Source: Marsupella aquatica (lineage: Eukaryota > Plantae > Marchantiophyta). Taken from it: a stretch of DNA of 64,000 nucleotides. Made by a program: the position numbers and the translations under genes. Position 1 is the stretch's first letter. Every line of letters starts with the position of its first letter. Below the pieces are notes generated by a model. The model made no database searches. It saw only the letters and a list, made by a program, of their open reading frames with translations, and had not been told where the DNA came from. The stretch spans positions 1 through 64,000 of the forward strand of contig OZ316894.1 in NCBI GenBank assembly GCA_973895155.1, written 5' to 3'. Positions 35,923-48,271 of this stretch are shown here, one piece after another.

Positions 35923-37286
35923 ATGGGAAAAAGAAAGCGTAATACTTTAAGAAAAAAAGAATTGGGGGAAGATTTTTCTGTGGATGTATTTGCTACAGTG
36001 TGGGAAGACCTCAAAAAATTAGATACCGTAAAATTGAAGTTTGCACTTCATTGGATTCTATGTCATGACAACATTCTTGAACTTTTTGTTAAAAAAGTTC
36101 TTAAACTAGAGTCTTCAAGATTTTCAAGAACACTATTCTTGAATGGGTATCAAAATTGTAGAAGCCATATCATTCAGATCTTTCCTCCTGAGGTGTTCAT
36201 TGAAATTGATGATATCTATTTTCATCATGGTTTCAGACTAAAATTACCTCAACCTTTGAAAAAATCAATTACTATGTTTTCTAATCTTGACATTAGAAAG
36301 CTTAAACTTTTCAAAAAGAAAGAGATAATCTTTGTAGAAATGGAGGAACTTATGCTAAAGTTGAAGTAGACGTTCAACGTATTTCCTCTTCAAAACTAAA
36401 AACACTTACTGGTGTAATTTTAGGTGATTGGGATCAAACTACAACAACATTTACCTCTGATCCAAACTTTATTTTCTTAAAATTTCCATCAGACCTCATT
36501 ATCGTAGAAGAAAAGAAAGGATTTACCTATCTTTTTGATAGGTCTGGAGTCAAACCATATTTGATAGCAATGATATTCCATCAAGATATCCTATCACCTG
36601 ATTCAATGGTCTTCATTCGAAGATTATTAGAATAATTACATGCTGCCCATCATGTTATCCAAAGAGGGAAAGGAAAAAGATCATGGGAAAGTAAGATGAC
36701 AGGGTTTGGTCCTTTTCATAATCCTTACAAAAAAGATCAAAGTTGTGTATCTTTTTATACTCATGAACAAAAGATAAAGACATTCTTCAATCAAGATTAT
36801 CCCGATGCAGCCAATTTTGAAGACATGGTAGATAAATATTCTCATCGAGAGTTAATCGACATTATTCTTGGACTCTACATGTGGTTATGTCCACAAATGT
36901 TAGACAGCTTTTTAGATTATTCTCATCCTTACTTATGTTCAAATGATTATAAGATGAACATATTTGAGAAAGCACTAAAATGTAAAGGTCCTAGTGCTTA
37001 TCAATTATATATTAGTAAAGATTATTGTGTAGAAACTCATGCTGATCATGATACAGCAGAATTTACTTTATGTTATGTTAGTCATCCTGATGCCAAGATT
37101 TCTCCTGGAAACTTTGTTATTCCAGAGTATGGAATATTATTACCTATTAGAGATGGTAATTTATTTTCATTTCGTAGTGACATTATCCATGGCACAGGAT
37201 ATAGAATTCCAACATCAAATTCTATATATGTAGGAGCTGTTACCATAAACAAAAAATTAGATAGACTTTTACAAAGAAAACATTAA
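35923..37286 (+). pseudogene. Second TET/JBP-like dioxygenase, disrupted
   Basis: Clear paralog of 23133-24509 (DKYSH.EL.DIILGLYMW.CP; THADHD; FVIPEYGILLPIRDGNLFSFRSDIIHGTG). Frameshift at ~36330 and in-frame TAA at 36633-36635. Confidence 0.8.
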
Positions 37287-38008
37287 TAAAAAAGTAAATA
37301 TATTATTTGTATTTATCATTATTTTTTATTACTTTGGACAAGTTAAAGTATGGATTCTTTAATTTAAGGAATATAGGATCATAGGAAAATGTGTAAGAGT
37401 AGGAATCATGGCATCTTATGCTAGGAGTGGAAAAACCAGAGGGTTAAGAGGAGATGATGGTCCAACAAAGAAAAGCTTCTTCAAGAGGAGGAGGTGAAAA
37501 GGACCTAGACAGTAGTGAAAGTAAGAATCTCAATATCAAGTGGATAATTTTCCTCAACATATCATACATCTCCCTTAAGTTCTTACAGAACCTTGAAAGG
37601 CCTATAAATACATCATCCATTTTGACACTCCCATCCACTACTAGGTGATTTATCTTGGAGAATAGAATGGGAGTGGTATTCTTGACCAAGTATTCATCAT
37701 GTTGGACCCTAGATATATCATTCATTTCATTTCATGACAATGAGCTTCAGAACCAATTTTCTAGAGGCAACTCAAAGGCTAGTTAGGACCTGATAGGCAC
37801 AGTACCAATCCTAATATTTCTTCAAACCAAGTAAATAGTTTTTTTTTCTTTCAAAAAAACCATAGAAACCCATGGGAAGGGGGGCCCAACAGGGCAATAA
37901 AAACCGAAGCAGCAAAATGCAAACTTGGTGAGACCAAAGGAGTCCAAAGGTGCGAGGGCTCAAAAGGAGGGAACAAGGTAGGAAAAAACACTAGTCAAAG
38001 GAAAATCC

Positions 38009-39447
38009 TGTAAGCTATAATTGTTTCAACTAGAAAGCCATGCATCCGAACGAGTAATCCACCTAAGACGTTCCTTACTCACCAACTCTTTAACTCTTAA
38101 TAATCTAGTATGTTTTCTACTAGGACCCGAGGCCTCATAAAGGCCATGCAAGGCATCCAATATTTCTGAAAGGAGGAGATTCAAGTTGAACCTTCTACTT
38201 GTCGTATAGCAATAAGTATCAAAAGTGTAATTTCTCACTTAAAACCGAGATTCTGATCCCTTAAAGAACGTATTTTGGTATGAATTGACTAACTTTCATC
38301 ATTCTGAGTGATATAGAACTCATAGCTCTACACTTTCTTTACTTCTCAACAAAATAAAGTAAACAAAACATAAAAGTAACTTAACTTCAGATTTACAGAC
38401 TAGAAAGGAAATGATTCCAGTTTTGGAGACTCTAGTAAATTATTGCCACACCTTAAGAAAGGACTTGGTCTCAATATAAGCACGCCTAAAGTCTCTCAAC
38501 TCATCAATCTTTCTACTGAAGATACAAAATTGAACAGAGATGAAGTTCTAAATCTGATAAACAAAGCAGCTTTTTGGTTGCAAATATAATGATATGCCTT
38601 AAAATGCCATCAACACGGTTTGACATCAGTGTCACACAATTCAGTCAAACTCTAAGTCATATTCCGGAACAAAGTAACTGTACTGAAAGCTCTGAGAATC
38701 AAATTTATTTCTCATTCATCAACAACTACTCTTGAATTGGCTAGCGAATCTTGACTCTACAAGCAAGCCTAGCAGTGAATTCAATACGAGTCTCAGAAGT
38801 CTGTAACTGAATTCAATCACCACAGGAATTCCTGAGTTTCAATCACAACTTCAAACAAATGTTGTTTCATTTCCATACAACGCACTCTCAACATGCCTTG
38901 TTACAATGGGAGGAGGGACTATTCAAAAGATCCAATTCTGAATAAAGTGTTGTCTCTGACTCTCTCTCTCCCTCTCTGGTTCAAATGAGCATCCTACTAT
39001 GTCTTATAAGTGCTAAGGTCCTAAAATGAAGGAAATATGAAAAGCTATACCTGTTGAACTTGAACTAAGTATGAGGAAAGTATAGCATAAGTACTTAGAG
39101 GTCGAAAAATACTACTATATGGGTAATCTATTTTGAAAGTTAAATCTAAGTACCGGAAAATAAGGGACGCTTCTAAAAGCGTCTGGTGTGGATGGACGCT
39201 TCTGAGCGTCAAGTCAGAGTGGACGCTTTTAGAAGCGTCATGAGTTAAAGTACTTGGGAATAGTCGACGCTGCTGAAAGCGTCGGGAGTGAATCATTGGA
39301 TAAGACCGGACATTTTTGGAAGCGTCGGTCAAAAAATGGTCGATGAGGGTAGACATTTCTGTTTAGCGTCCAGAATAGAACAAATGCTTGAAAAATGTTG
39401 AAAATAAACTGTCTTCCAAGAGGAATGGTAGAGATCATCATTCCACA
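38009..39447 (-). mobile_element. Probable 3' LTR of the Ty3/gypsy element
   Basis: On the minus strand a PPT-like TTTCAGTGGAGGGC is followed by TA then TG at 39447. Candidate end GCTTACA at 38009. No second LTR copy is visible, so the left end is uncertain. Confidence 0.45.
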
Positions 39448-39845
39448 TAGCCCTCCACTGAAATTTTGCCGTGTCCACACAAGACAACCACGCTTTGATT
39501 AAAGACCAGTGCTAGATTCTTCATCAAAAATCTTCTGGCTTGGGAATCCAAGTGATAAAAATCAAGGTCATAAAATTCTTCTCCAATTTGTAATGGCACT
39601 TGTTTTACTCTTCCCCAAAGTGAAATTAATCGTCCATCGATTGAGATTTGAGCACATATGGGCTGAACGTGTTGGCGAACTAATTGATGAAACAGTCTGT
39701 GGGACAGTAAATTTATTCCAGAGCCTGGGTCAATAACAAAGTGCTGAATAGTGTGTCCTTCCAATTTAATCTCCCCTTCAAGAGAATACTGAAATGCGTG
39801 GGAGAGAAAATCACAGCAATCCATAGTAGCTTTTACGGTCCACAT
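39438..39845 (-). CDS. Retroviral-type aspartic protease-like ORF located 3' of integrase
   Basis: FVIDPGSGINLLS (D-x-G-S motif)...IDGRLISLWGRVKQVPLQIGEEFYDLDFY. Confidence 0.6.
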   Translation of the reverse strand: MWTVKATMDCCDFLSHAFQYSLEGEIKLEGHTIQHFVIDPGSGINLLSHRLFHQLVRQHVQPICAQISIDGRLISLWGRVKQVPLQIGEEFYDLDFYHLDSQARRFLMKNLALVFNQSVVVLCGHGKISVEGYVE

Positions 39846-39954
39846 GATGACTCAAACAGAATAAGTGCTCCTCAGTGCTTCAATCAGGTCCATTCATACT
39901 CCAGGGAATAAACGCCCCTTCAAATCTTATATACATGAAGACGTTGCAAATCTG

Positions 39955-42363
39955 CTATCTACTCAACAACCCTTGAGTGACAACGTCCGGCCACGAAGGA
40001 GGAGTAGGTAACCTTACTAGTCTCCTAAGTGATTTATACCCTTGAGCAGAAGAGTTCATAGCCTTATTCCGTATCAACTGTTCTCGTAGCTTAACAAGCT
40101 CTTTCTCGTACTTATGCGGAACAACATACCCTTCATGGCAGACCCAAACAGAGTATTGGTATGGCCAAGGAAACTCTGGAGTTATTGGCGGAAAAGGAGC
40201 TTCAGCACGTCGGAGGACATATACCCAACACCAAATTTCATATTCCGAAAATTTATATCTTCTACCCTTATCAATGGGAGGAATAGCCTTACCCGGCTTA
40301 TAAGTGGGAATCAACATTCGAATACTCGGTAGATACGTACCAGGTAAAATCTGTTGTTGTTGATGTATACTCTCCATTTCCAGATGTCCGAAAGCTATCT
40401 GAAAATCATTCTTCTCCCACTTATGAATTGAAGCAAGGTTAGGTATAGGAATTAGGGATGGTAGTACCACTGTGTGCCGAAGTTTGGGAGGTACTCTGAT
40501 AATACGAGGATCTTCGTCTTCCTCTCCATCACTTGGAGCTCCTTTCCAACGAAAAATAATGTATGGGTTTGAAGAAGGTATCACCGACTCCTTAGTAGGC
40601 CAACGTGATAGTACAACAGGAGATGAAGATGCAGGAGGTGGAGAAGAATTCCCCATTGTCGTGTTGATGGGCTTCAGCTGCTCAAAATCTGGTGAATTTG
40701 CTTCATGAAAGATCTGTTGATTTCTTACACGACGCAACCTTTTCCCAGGTCTTCGAGTATATGTCACTTGAAATTGCTCCGTAATAAGTGAACTCTCATC
40801 TCCAAGTGATATCCGAGTACCCTTATCTTTGCTTGAATCCAGTAAGATAGAAGCTGATGCAGAGCTAAATGCCAAATCAGGTGTTCCAGACAAAGGTATG
40901 GGTGGAGATACACTCTTGGTCTCAGGTAGCCCTAAATTGCTTGAAGGTCCAAGAGATGGAGTGGTTTGTAGACTGTGTTGAGACTCAAGTAATCTCTCTT
41001 CTGGAAGGTAAGCTGGAGAAACCCAATCAATAGATGGGTGTGGAGGAGGCCCTTTTCTTGCCAATGCTTCTGCTAACTCCTCAGACATAATCAGCGCAAC
41101 TGTTATTCTGGTTTCAGGGGTCGGCCACATAGGAAATGGCATGACAAAATTAGGTGAAGTTGGTTGTCCAGCTACTCCTTCTACATCTACTATTTTGTCC
41201 TCTGAATCAGCCTTAAACAACTTTACAAGCTCCCGGCATGATACCGCCGGAGGTTCCATTGATTGTTGTACAAGAGGAACCACATCTAGGTTTGGGGAGG
41301 GACTACGAGAATCTTCCAAATTATACTCCTGTAAAGCTTTTAAAGCATTATTACTCACTTCCATGGGTGGTGAAGCAGGGTTCTGTGAAGTTTTATCATA
41401 CCCATCCGCTGCAGTAGTATATTGTTGAGGAGGTTCTCCTGGTAAGCTTTCTTCATCCACATCCATCCTGTCTTCATCATTCGCTCTGAAAGCAAAATTG
41501 TCCTGATCAAGATCTTGATCCTCTGATGGGTGGGAAAGAATTGGCTCGTCTCTCCCGCCAACTGGTTCTCTTGTCTCTTTCAGTCTCCGAACTTCATTTA
41601 CCAGCTCAGATTCTTCGCAAGTGAGTAGTTTGCATAACGCCACCAGTGTTGAACTGGATCGGACTTCTCGTACTTCCGGCAACTCATTTGCTTCACAGGT
41701 AGATGCGCTCCAATGGGTACGATAGAAGACTTTCTCTGAAAGGAGCAGACATTTATGCTTGTGATAAATGTGAGCTAGATAGGGAGTCAAGTTGGTAAAT
41801 CTTAACTTTCCAGCTTGCAACCTGCTACAAAAGTTCTTTACCTGGGTATGAATTACCCTATATAAGATCTTCGTCCAATTGATGGTCTGCTTCTGTTCTA
41901 ATGAAGAGATAACGGTGGCAGCAAAAGAAAGAGTAATACGTGTCTGACTCTCTGGATAGAAAATTGGTGACAGAAATCGAAAAACATGCTGCAAAGAGGT
42001 AACTAAACAGTCCGTGGTTACCCAATCATTTCGCCTCTTAAAGGATTCAGGAGCAAAGAAAGACTCTATATAAGCTCGGGGCTCTCCATCAATCTTCTGC
42101 AAATCCTCGCCCGTTGTCGGCGTCGAGTAGACTCCCGCTATGAGCGCTTCAGTCCAAACACTTGGATGCGAGCGGACACCGATTCCTTCCTCAGCGTCCC
42201 ACACACCTTGGTCGATGAGGCTGAACTCGCACATCCTCCAAGGGAAACGAAGTAATTTCTTCAAGCCCATCAATGCAAGATTCGTCCTCAATTGTCGGCG
42301 GTCCACCATATTCGACGGGATAATTGCGAGTATTGGTCGCGTCGTAAGTTTGGACTCCACCAT
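39955..42363 (-). CDS. Gypsy accessory ORF (plant-mobile/transposon-protein-like N-terminus plus Pro/Ser-rich tail)
   Basis: RSHPSVWTEALIAGVY...DC...VFRFLSPIFYPE...ITLSFAATV...INW..LTPYLAHIY resembles extra ORFs of bryophyte gypsy elements. Lies between integrase and LTR. ORF track starts at TTG 42432; first ATG is 42363. Confidence 0.65.
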   Translation of the reverse strand: MVESKLTTRPILAIIPSNMVDRRQLRTNLALMGLKKLLRFPWRMCEFSLIDQGVWDAEEGIGVRSHPSVWTEALIAGVYSTPTTGEDLQKIDGEPRAYIESFFAPESFKRRNDWVTTDCLVTSLQHVFRFLSPIFYPESQTRITLSFAATVISSLEQKQTINWTKILYRVIHTQVKNFCSRLQAGKLRFTNLTPYLAHIYHKHKCLLLSEKVFYRTHWSASTCEANELPEVREVRSSSTLVALCKLLTCEESELVNEVRRLKETREPVGGRDEPILSHPSEDQDLDQDNFAFRANDEDRMDVDEESLPGEPPQQYTTAADGYDKTSQNPASPPMEVSNNALKALQEYNLEDSRSPSPNLDVVPLVQQSMEPPAVSCRELVKLFKADSEDKIVDVEGVAGQPTSPNFVMPFPMWPTPETRITVALIMSEELAEALARKGPPPHPSIDWVSPAYLPEERLLESQHSLQTTPSLGPSSNLGLPETKSVSPPIPLSGTPDLAFSSASASILLDSSKDKGTRISLGDESSLITEQFQVTYTRRPGKRLRRVRNQQIFHEANSPDFEQLKPINTTMGNSSPPPASSSPVVLSRWPTKESVIPSSNPYIIFRWKGAPSDGEEDEDPRIIRVPPKLRHTVVLPSLIPIPNLASIHKWEKNDFQIAFGHLEMESIHQQQQILPGTYLPSIRMLIPTYKPGKAIPPIDKGRRYKFSEYEIWCWVYVLRRAEAPFPPITPEFPWPYQYSVWVCHEGYVVPHKYEKELVKLREQLIRNKAMNSSAQGYKSLRRLVRLPTPPSWPDVVTQGLLSR

Positions 42364-42603
42364 CGCATCAATCGTAAAGGACACTTCTCTTGCCGTTCCT
42401 AGAAGTGGACGCTTCTCGTAGCGTCCCGTCAAGACTAAGTTTTAGGGTGGACGCTTCTCTCAGCGTCCAGTGCAAAAACTAAAATTCCGAACACTTGTGA
42501 AGGGGGAGGGAATGCTGATTCTAATAAAGTACAAACTACCTACCGCCCTCCACTGAAACTATGACCTGTCCCAGGTGAAACACTAAATAGGAGACTCATG
42601 ATA

Positions 42604-43920
42604 TCACTTAACCCAGAATCCATTGATTCGGGTGTCAAGTGGGTGACCGTCTAAGGTAGTCAAGGAAACCGAACCGTTAGCCCAGATTTGGGTAACTCGA
42701 TAAGGACCAATCCAATGGGTATGGAGTTTCCCAGGAAATAACATATAACGGGAATCAAAGACTAATGCTAAATCACCAACATCTAAATTCACGACTCACA
42801 GCTTTTGATCATAAACAAGCTTACGCTTGTTCTGAATTGTAGCTGTATGGTCTAACGCTAAAAGTCTAACTTCTTCTAATTTGACAATATCAAAAAACCT
42901 ATGTGGGAGACTAGCCGCTGGAGAGAGACGGTTGGATACCAAGAGTCATTCTGTTGGGAAGGAGAATTCAATAGGAATGATACTGTCCAGGCCATAAGTC
43001 AGGTAGAAGGGAGTGTGAAGGGTTGTAATTTTCTTGGCAGTACGGTAAGCCCATAATGCAGAATGTAACTTCACATCCCAGTCTGTCTTGTGAGACTCTA
43101 CTATCTTATTCAGGATCTTGCCCACAATGCCATTAGCTCTTTCCGTTAAGCCATTAGCTCTGGGGTTGTAAGGAGTAGTTTTGCGATGCTTGATAAGATA
43201 TGTGTTAGTAATTAACTCAATAGTTGAGTTAAGAAAATGCAAACCCCTATCGCTTACCAACTCCAAAGGACACCCGAACCGAGTAATAATGTGCTCAAAG
43301 AGAAATGCAGCCGCTGTTGTAGCATCATTCTTGCGAGTGGCTTTAGCCTCCACCCATTTGGTGGCATAATCAGTGGCCAGAATAATGTATTTACTTTGGC
43401 TTTTTCGAGCTGCTGGTGAAATTGGGCCAATAAAATCAATACCCCATTTCTCAAATGGTGTCAAAGGCAGGATGGGCGTAAGAGGCCATTTGGAACTAGC
43501 AGTGGGTTTCCCTATTCTTTGACAGGGGTCACACGTCTTAATAAAGTTGTAAGTATCTCTATGCATGGTAGGCCACCAGTACCCAGCATCCAAAATTTTC
43601 TTTACAGTAGTATTGACAGCATAATGGCCACGTGTTTCTCCATAATGTAAAGCTTCAATTACTTGTGGGAGTTCCCTGTTCTCCAGACATCGTCGCATCT
43701 TCTGATCAGGACCTTGTTTAAACAAAGTGCCCTGAAGGATAGTATAAGGTCCCACCTTATGTGCAAAAACAACTCGTTCTTCCGCATTAAGGCCTTCAGG
43801 AAAACTACCATGAATCAACATGTGCACAATATCGAAATACGGTGAAGACTATCCTTCAATGTGCCACAAATGCTCATCTGGGAATTCATCAGAAAGATTA
43901 TGCTGATTCTCTGGCCCAGG
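42604..43920 (-). mobile_element. Ty3/gypsy (non-chromovirus) integrase, 5'-truncated, with premature stops
   Basis: HHCC (H..GHYA..YWWPTM..CDPCQR), DDE core (WGIDFIGP, SDRG, NGLTER), GPY motif (HWIGPYRV). No RT/RNaseH upstream. Confidence 0.92.
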
Positions 43921-44531
43921 TAAGATGCACGGGCATTGGGCAGGGTGAATCTTGTCAGAAGTTCACATTTGTTAGACTAGAACCATTGGGATGCACAAGC
44001 TTTGAGGTCTCCTAAGCAATCACCAGTGCCTTTGATTTTGTCCCTAAACTAAGCAAAGTTCTCTTGTAGCATGTTAAGGGGAGCCCTCTACCTCTAAACA
44101 ATGAGATCCTAAACTAATTTCACTTGAGACATCTCTAGGTACGTAAATAGACAAACACTCATCAGGGAGGTCCAATTCTCAATTTCAGAGACAGTAGACA
44201 TAGAAGTAGGCCCTATGGAGATAGATGAAATCAATAGAACTGAGAAACTAGTAGGGAGCAGGAAAACTACTCATACACAAATAGTCGCTTCCAAGTTGAA
44301 ATTCCAAGTTTTAGAATAGAAAGAAAAGTGACTCTTCTATGGTAATGATGGATAGAAACCAAACAGAGATAAATAATAAGAAAAAAAACAACTAATGCAA
44401 AGATAAATTGAATTTAGGGTGAAATGAATACAATGGGCATCATCATATATACGGGCATATATATCTCACAGCTTTGTTCATTAGAATCCCCTGGGAACTC
44501 CACATGTAGAGATTTTGACTTTGATTCTTAT

Positions 44532-47500
44532 CTAACTGTAATTGTAATCAGTAAACATATCAAAGTGAATTCGCTCCGAGGTCGTGTTGTCCCTTTGATC
44601 AAGTGCAGCATATCGAGCTTCCCGGTCTTCATCTACTTGCTCTTGTCTTGCATGACACTGAGCCCATCTTCTCTTACTCATGTCATTCCTAAATGCCATT
44701 TGTCTCTCCTCTCTCTGTCCGGGGGTTTCCTCGACCATAATACCTTCCTCATTGTACAGTTTACACACACCAGGTCCTCGCTTGTCTGAAAGTTGTAATT
44801 CATCATCAATGTCCCCTTCTTCTAGGGATTGAGTAATGAGGTAGGACTTACTGACACCTGCAGCACTTCCCCATCTTAACATAGGCAGCTCACCTTTCAG
44901 AAACCCAGCTGCCACCATCAAATTGTACATCCTAGCAGCCAAAGGCCTTGCTCGACTAAATAATTTCCACAAATCTAGACCACCATCCTCCATCTCTCCA
45001 GTAACTGAGATGCGGACATCTGCTTTCTTGCCTGACCTTCCCACAACTTCGTATAATGTTCTTGTGAAGCAGTACCATTTGAAATACCGAAGATCCTTGA
45101 GCATGTTGTTGTATGTTTCAATGTGATGGACACTCCACAACCATTTCTCGATCTGCTCCAAAAAACTTATCTGCTGATTTGTCCTGTAACTAGGTGTCAT
45201 TAGTATCCGGATACTTGGATGGTGCTGCCAGATAGAAAAGTAAGTGGGGGTCGCTTCGTACATAACAGCTATTCCATCCTGTCCTTCTATTTGATCTCCC
45301 TCTTGCACTTGGTAATCCTGTGGTGGATCATGATATCCCCAAAGCAAAGCGGGACCAAAGTACTTCCCAATATTATAATTATACACACCTAGCTCTAACC
45401 GTGTAATAACTACTTCCGTGGGAGTCACTGCTTCCCAATAACTACTTTTCTCCAAGTGAACCAAAGATACATCTTCGGGGTTAAAGGGGTATACATCATT
45501 TCTAAAGTAACCCCCTTGACGAGCCACCACCGCTGGGTCACGCCTCAATTCATAAAAGAACCTCATTGCCAAGTGACTAAGCTCAGGTGCAATTGGTAGA
45601 TTGAAACTCATCCAATCATCAGATACTACTATGTCAGAGGTGAAAAATGGGTTGAATGCGACAGTAACCCCGTCCCTCTCCATCTTCTTCCACTGGGCAG
45701 CCTCCAAAAATGTGATGAGTCGGGGAAGTGTATACTTCCCACAATTGATCCGTACTTCCAGAGCAGCCCACGTTTTCAATATCAAGGGCAACAACTCATA
45801 TAACTTACTATAAACATCTAGACAACATTTTCTCTGGTTATCCCTCTGTGCTAATCCCTCATGAACCATATTAGCCATTGCTTTAAGTGCAATAAAAGTT
45901 TCATTTTGAGGATGCTCCCTTTCTAATTCCGACAACATGAATTGAGCTATTCGACTGTTAGCCCGACCTCCTAATCTATAAGACAAATCCTCAGGTAATT
46001 GTACATTAATATGTCCAGACCACTCAAAAAAAGGCAGCATGAATCTAATCCTTATAGGGACTTCATCCCAAATCTGATCCCAATCTCCAGGTCTGATATC
46101 CCTTTTATTTACCTCTGCACTGGCCAAAATTATCCGAAGGGTTTCTAGTCCGAGGGCTTCATCAACCTCAATCGGATGCCAACCATCACTCTGCTCTCCA
46201 GACATTGTGGTCCAGTGGTTGATGCTGATCTTTTTCAGGATCTCAACTCGTTGTTTGTTTATTGGGTCTTTCAAAGCCCCATCCAATAACTTGGTGGCTT
46301 TCTTTGCTTCATCTCTCAACTCTTGCACTCGAAGTTCCCAAGCATCATAAGCATGTCGTGGTATCCGAACATCCTTAGAATTACATTGCACCAACTCTCG
46401 CTGGGCTATTTCACCCAACCACTTCTTTCTCTCCTTCTCTCTTTGCTTGGCACTTAATTCTAATGTTCGGATATACTCCACCCTCTCCAGGTTTTGCTGC
46501 TCCAACTTTTGTAACGCTTCAAAAGTCAGTGTGAGCTGCTGGGTAGTTTCTTTTAGCGACTTCTCTATCACTGTTATCATCTGAGAGGTATGACCTGCAC
46601 ATTGAGAGTGAGTATAGCGCACTTTAGCAAATTCATCTTCTAATTGCAGCCACTTCTCCTTTTCTTCTTCATATTGGCCTGAAGCCTCCTTGCTCGCTTT
46701 TTGGGCCTCCTTCAATTGTGCATTCAACTCTCTGCCCTCTTCTTCAAAGGCAGCTACATACCGACTCAATTCTTCTGCCTTTGTGGTATTCTGAGCGTGT
46801 TGCTTCTCTGCTTCCTTCCGGACAGTTGTCACTTCCTCTATCAGCAAAGTAATCCTTGCCTCTCTTTCTTGGGACTTCATCTCCTGCTCATGCAACATTT
46901 GTTCTCGTATCTCCACCTTCTCATTGAGGAGTCTCACCATCTCCTTGTTTTCCTTCAGCAAACTCTCCAACTTCTCAATCCTCTCTTGGAGCTTAAGGTT
47001 GGTGTTGGCGCTTCTGAACAGATCTTCTTCCTGCTGCTTTGCCTTTTCTCTCTCTCTTACCCCAGTTTCTGCTTCGAGTGCACAAATGTGGGCCAACCCG
47101 CACACTTCCTTGGCTTGATGTAACCACAAACGCTTGTCACTTCCTACAGGGAAGGGTCGATTAATAAACTTCATCCTCTGCTCAAAGGAGGTGAGCTCAG
47201 ACAGAACAACATTTGATAACAACTCTGTCAACACTGGTTGATGGTATACATAATCAGATTGGGCAGTGGATGTCATAGCTTCTTCTTCCTCTTCGACCGG
47301 GATTATCACTCTCCTTTTCTTTCTTTTCAAGGACTTAACACACACATTCCCCTTTATCCTCAATGTACGTAATCCTTGTGCGCCTTCTTCATCAGAATTG
47401 TCCACTTCATCTGCACTGCTTGAGACCAGGCCCGAGACCAGGGATCCCTTTGGGGCATAGAGTCTCGGATTATCTTCTTCCCCATCCTCGCTCTCCGACT

Positions 47501-48271
47501 CCTCCTTTTCTTCTTCCTCCTGGTTTGCCTCCTCTCGCTCCTCTGAATCGCTGTCCTGCAAGGAGATTATTGTGACCGCGGTTGTGATCCTATCGGCAGT
47601 GAGGGCGTGGTCCATCACTACGCTTAATACATATGCACAAATTGACGGAAACAATGGTAGCCCCTTCCTGGTTATAACACTTGCAAGGTTGCGCTTCCAT
47701 ATCAGCAATGGGTGAAGAGTTCCATCTAATACTCTCTTGGCAACTGATAGTTGCTCTGGCGTTACATAATGGTACCCACTCTTGAGGATTACCCATTTAG
47801 TAAAGAACTCCACATACTTGCGGACCTCTTGGTTTGTCATAACGCGCCATATTGGACCTTCTTCTCATGCTGGAGCTCTCCTCCTTGTTTTAGGAAGGCA
47901 CTCATCTCTCTTCCCGTAAGTGCCTCAATTGGATAGTCAGCTGGTAGGCTGTCTGGGGCAAAAATCCCAAACAAAGTCGCTAATTCCTTGTTGGGGATGC
48001 GGTAGGCTTGTGCTCTGTATGTGATAAACACTCCAGTATCTGCAAAATTGACATCCACAATATCTTTGTAAAGCTGACAAGCACGATCAATTGATACAAA
48101 CCTATCAATTCGGACAAGCCCATAGCATCGAGCCCTTTCAAATATCTCTCTGTATTCTTCAATGAAAGCCACCTCAGAGATTGAGTTCCTCAATCTTTCT
48201 TCTGGAGTTGATCGAGGTTGTTTATTTTTGGCTGGAGGGACCTCTACTCGGGTTTGATTTGGAGATGTCAT
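44532..48271 (-). CDS. Retroelement-type accessory protein: 144-aa and 1102-aa ORFs overlapping by ATGA (probable frameshifted single gene) with acidic tract and long coiled coil
   Basis: Long intronless ORFs adjacent to gypsy integrase; E/K/Q-rich heptads; no catalytic motif recognised. Confidence 0.55.

Noticed and set aside
43914-43945. GCACGGGCATTGG matching the Helitron end at 7588-7600, located at the integrase truncation
   Set aside because: No CTRR terminus follows, and a 13-bp match alone is insufficient.
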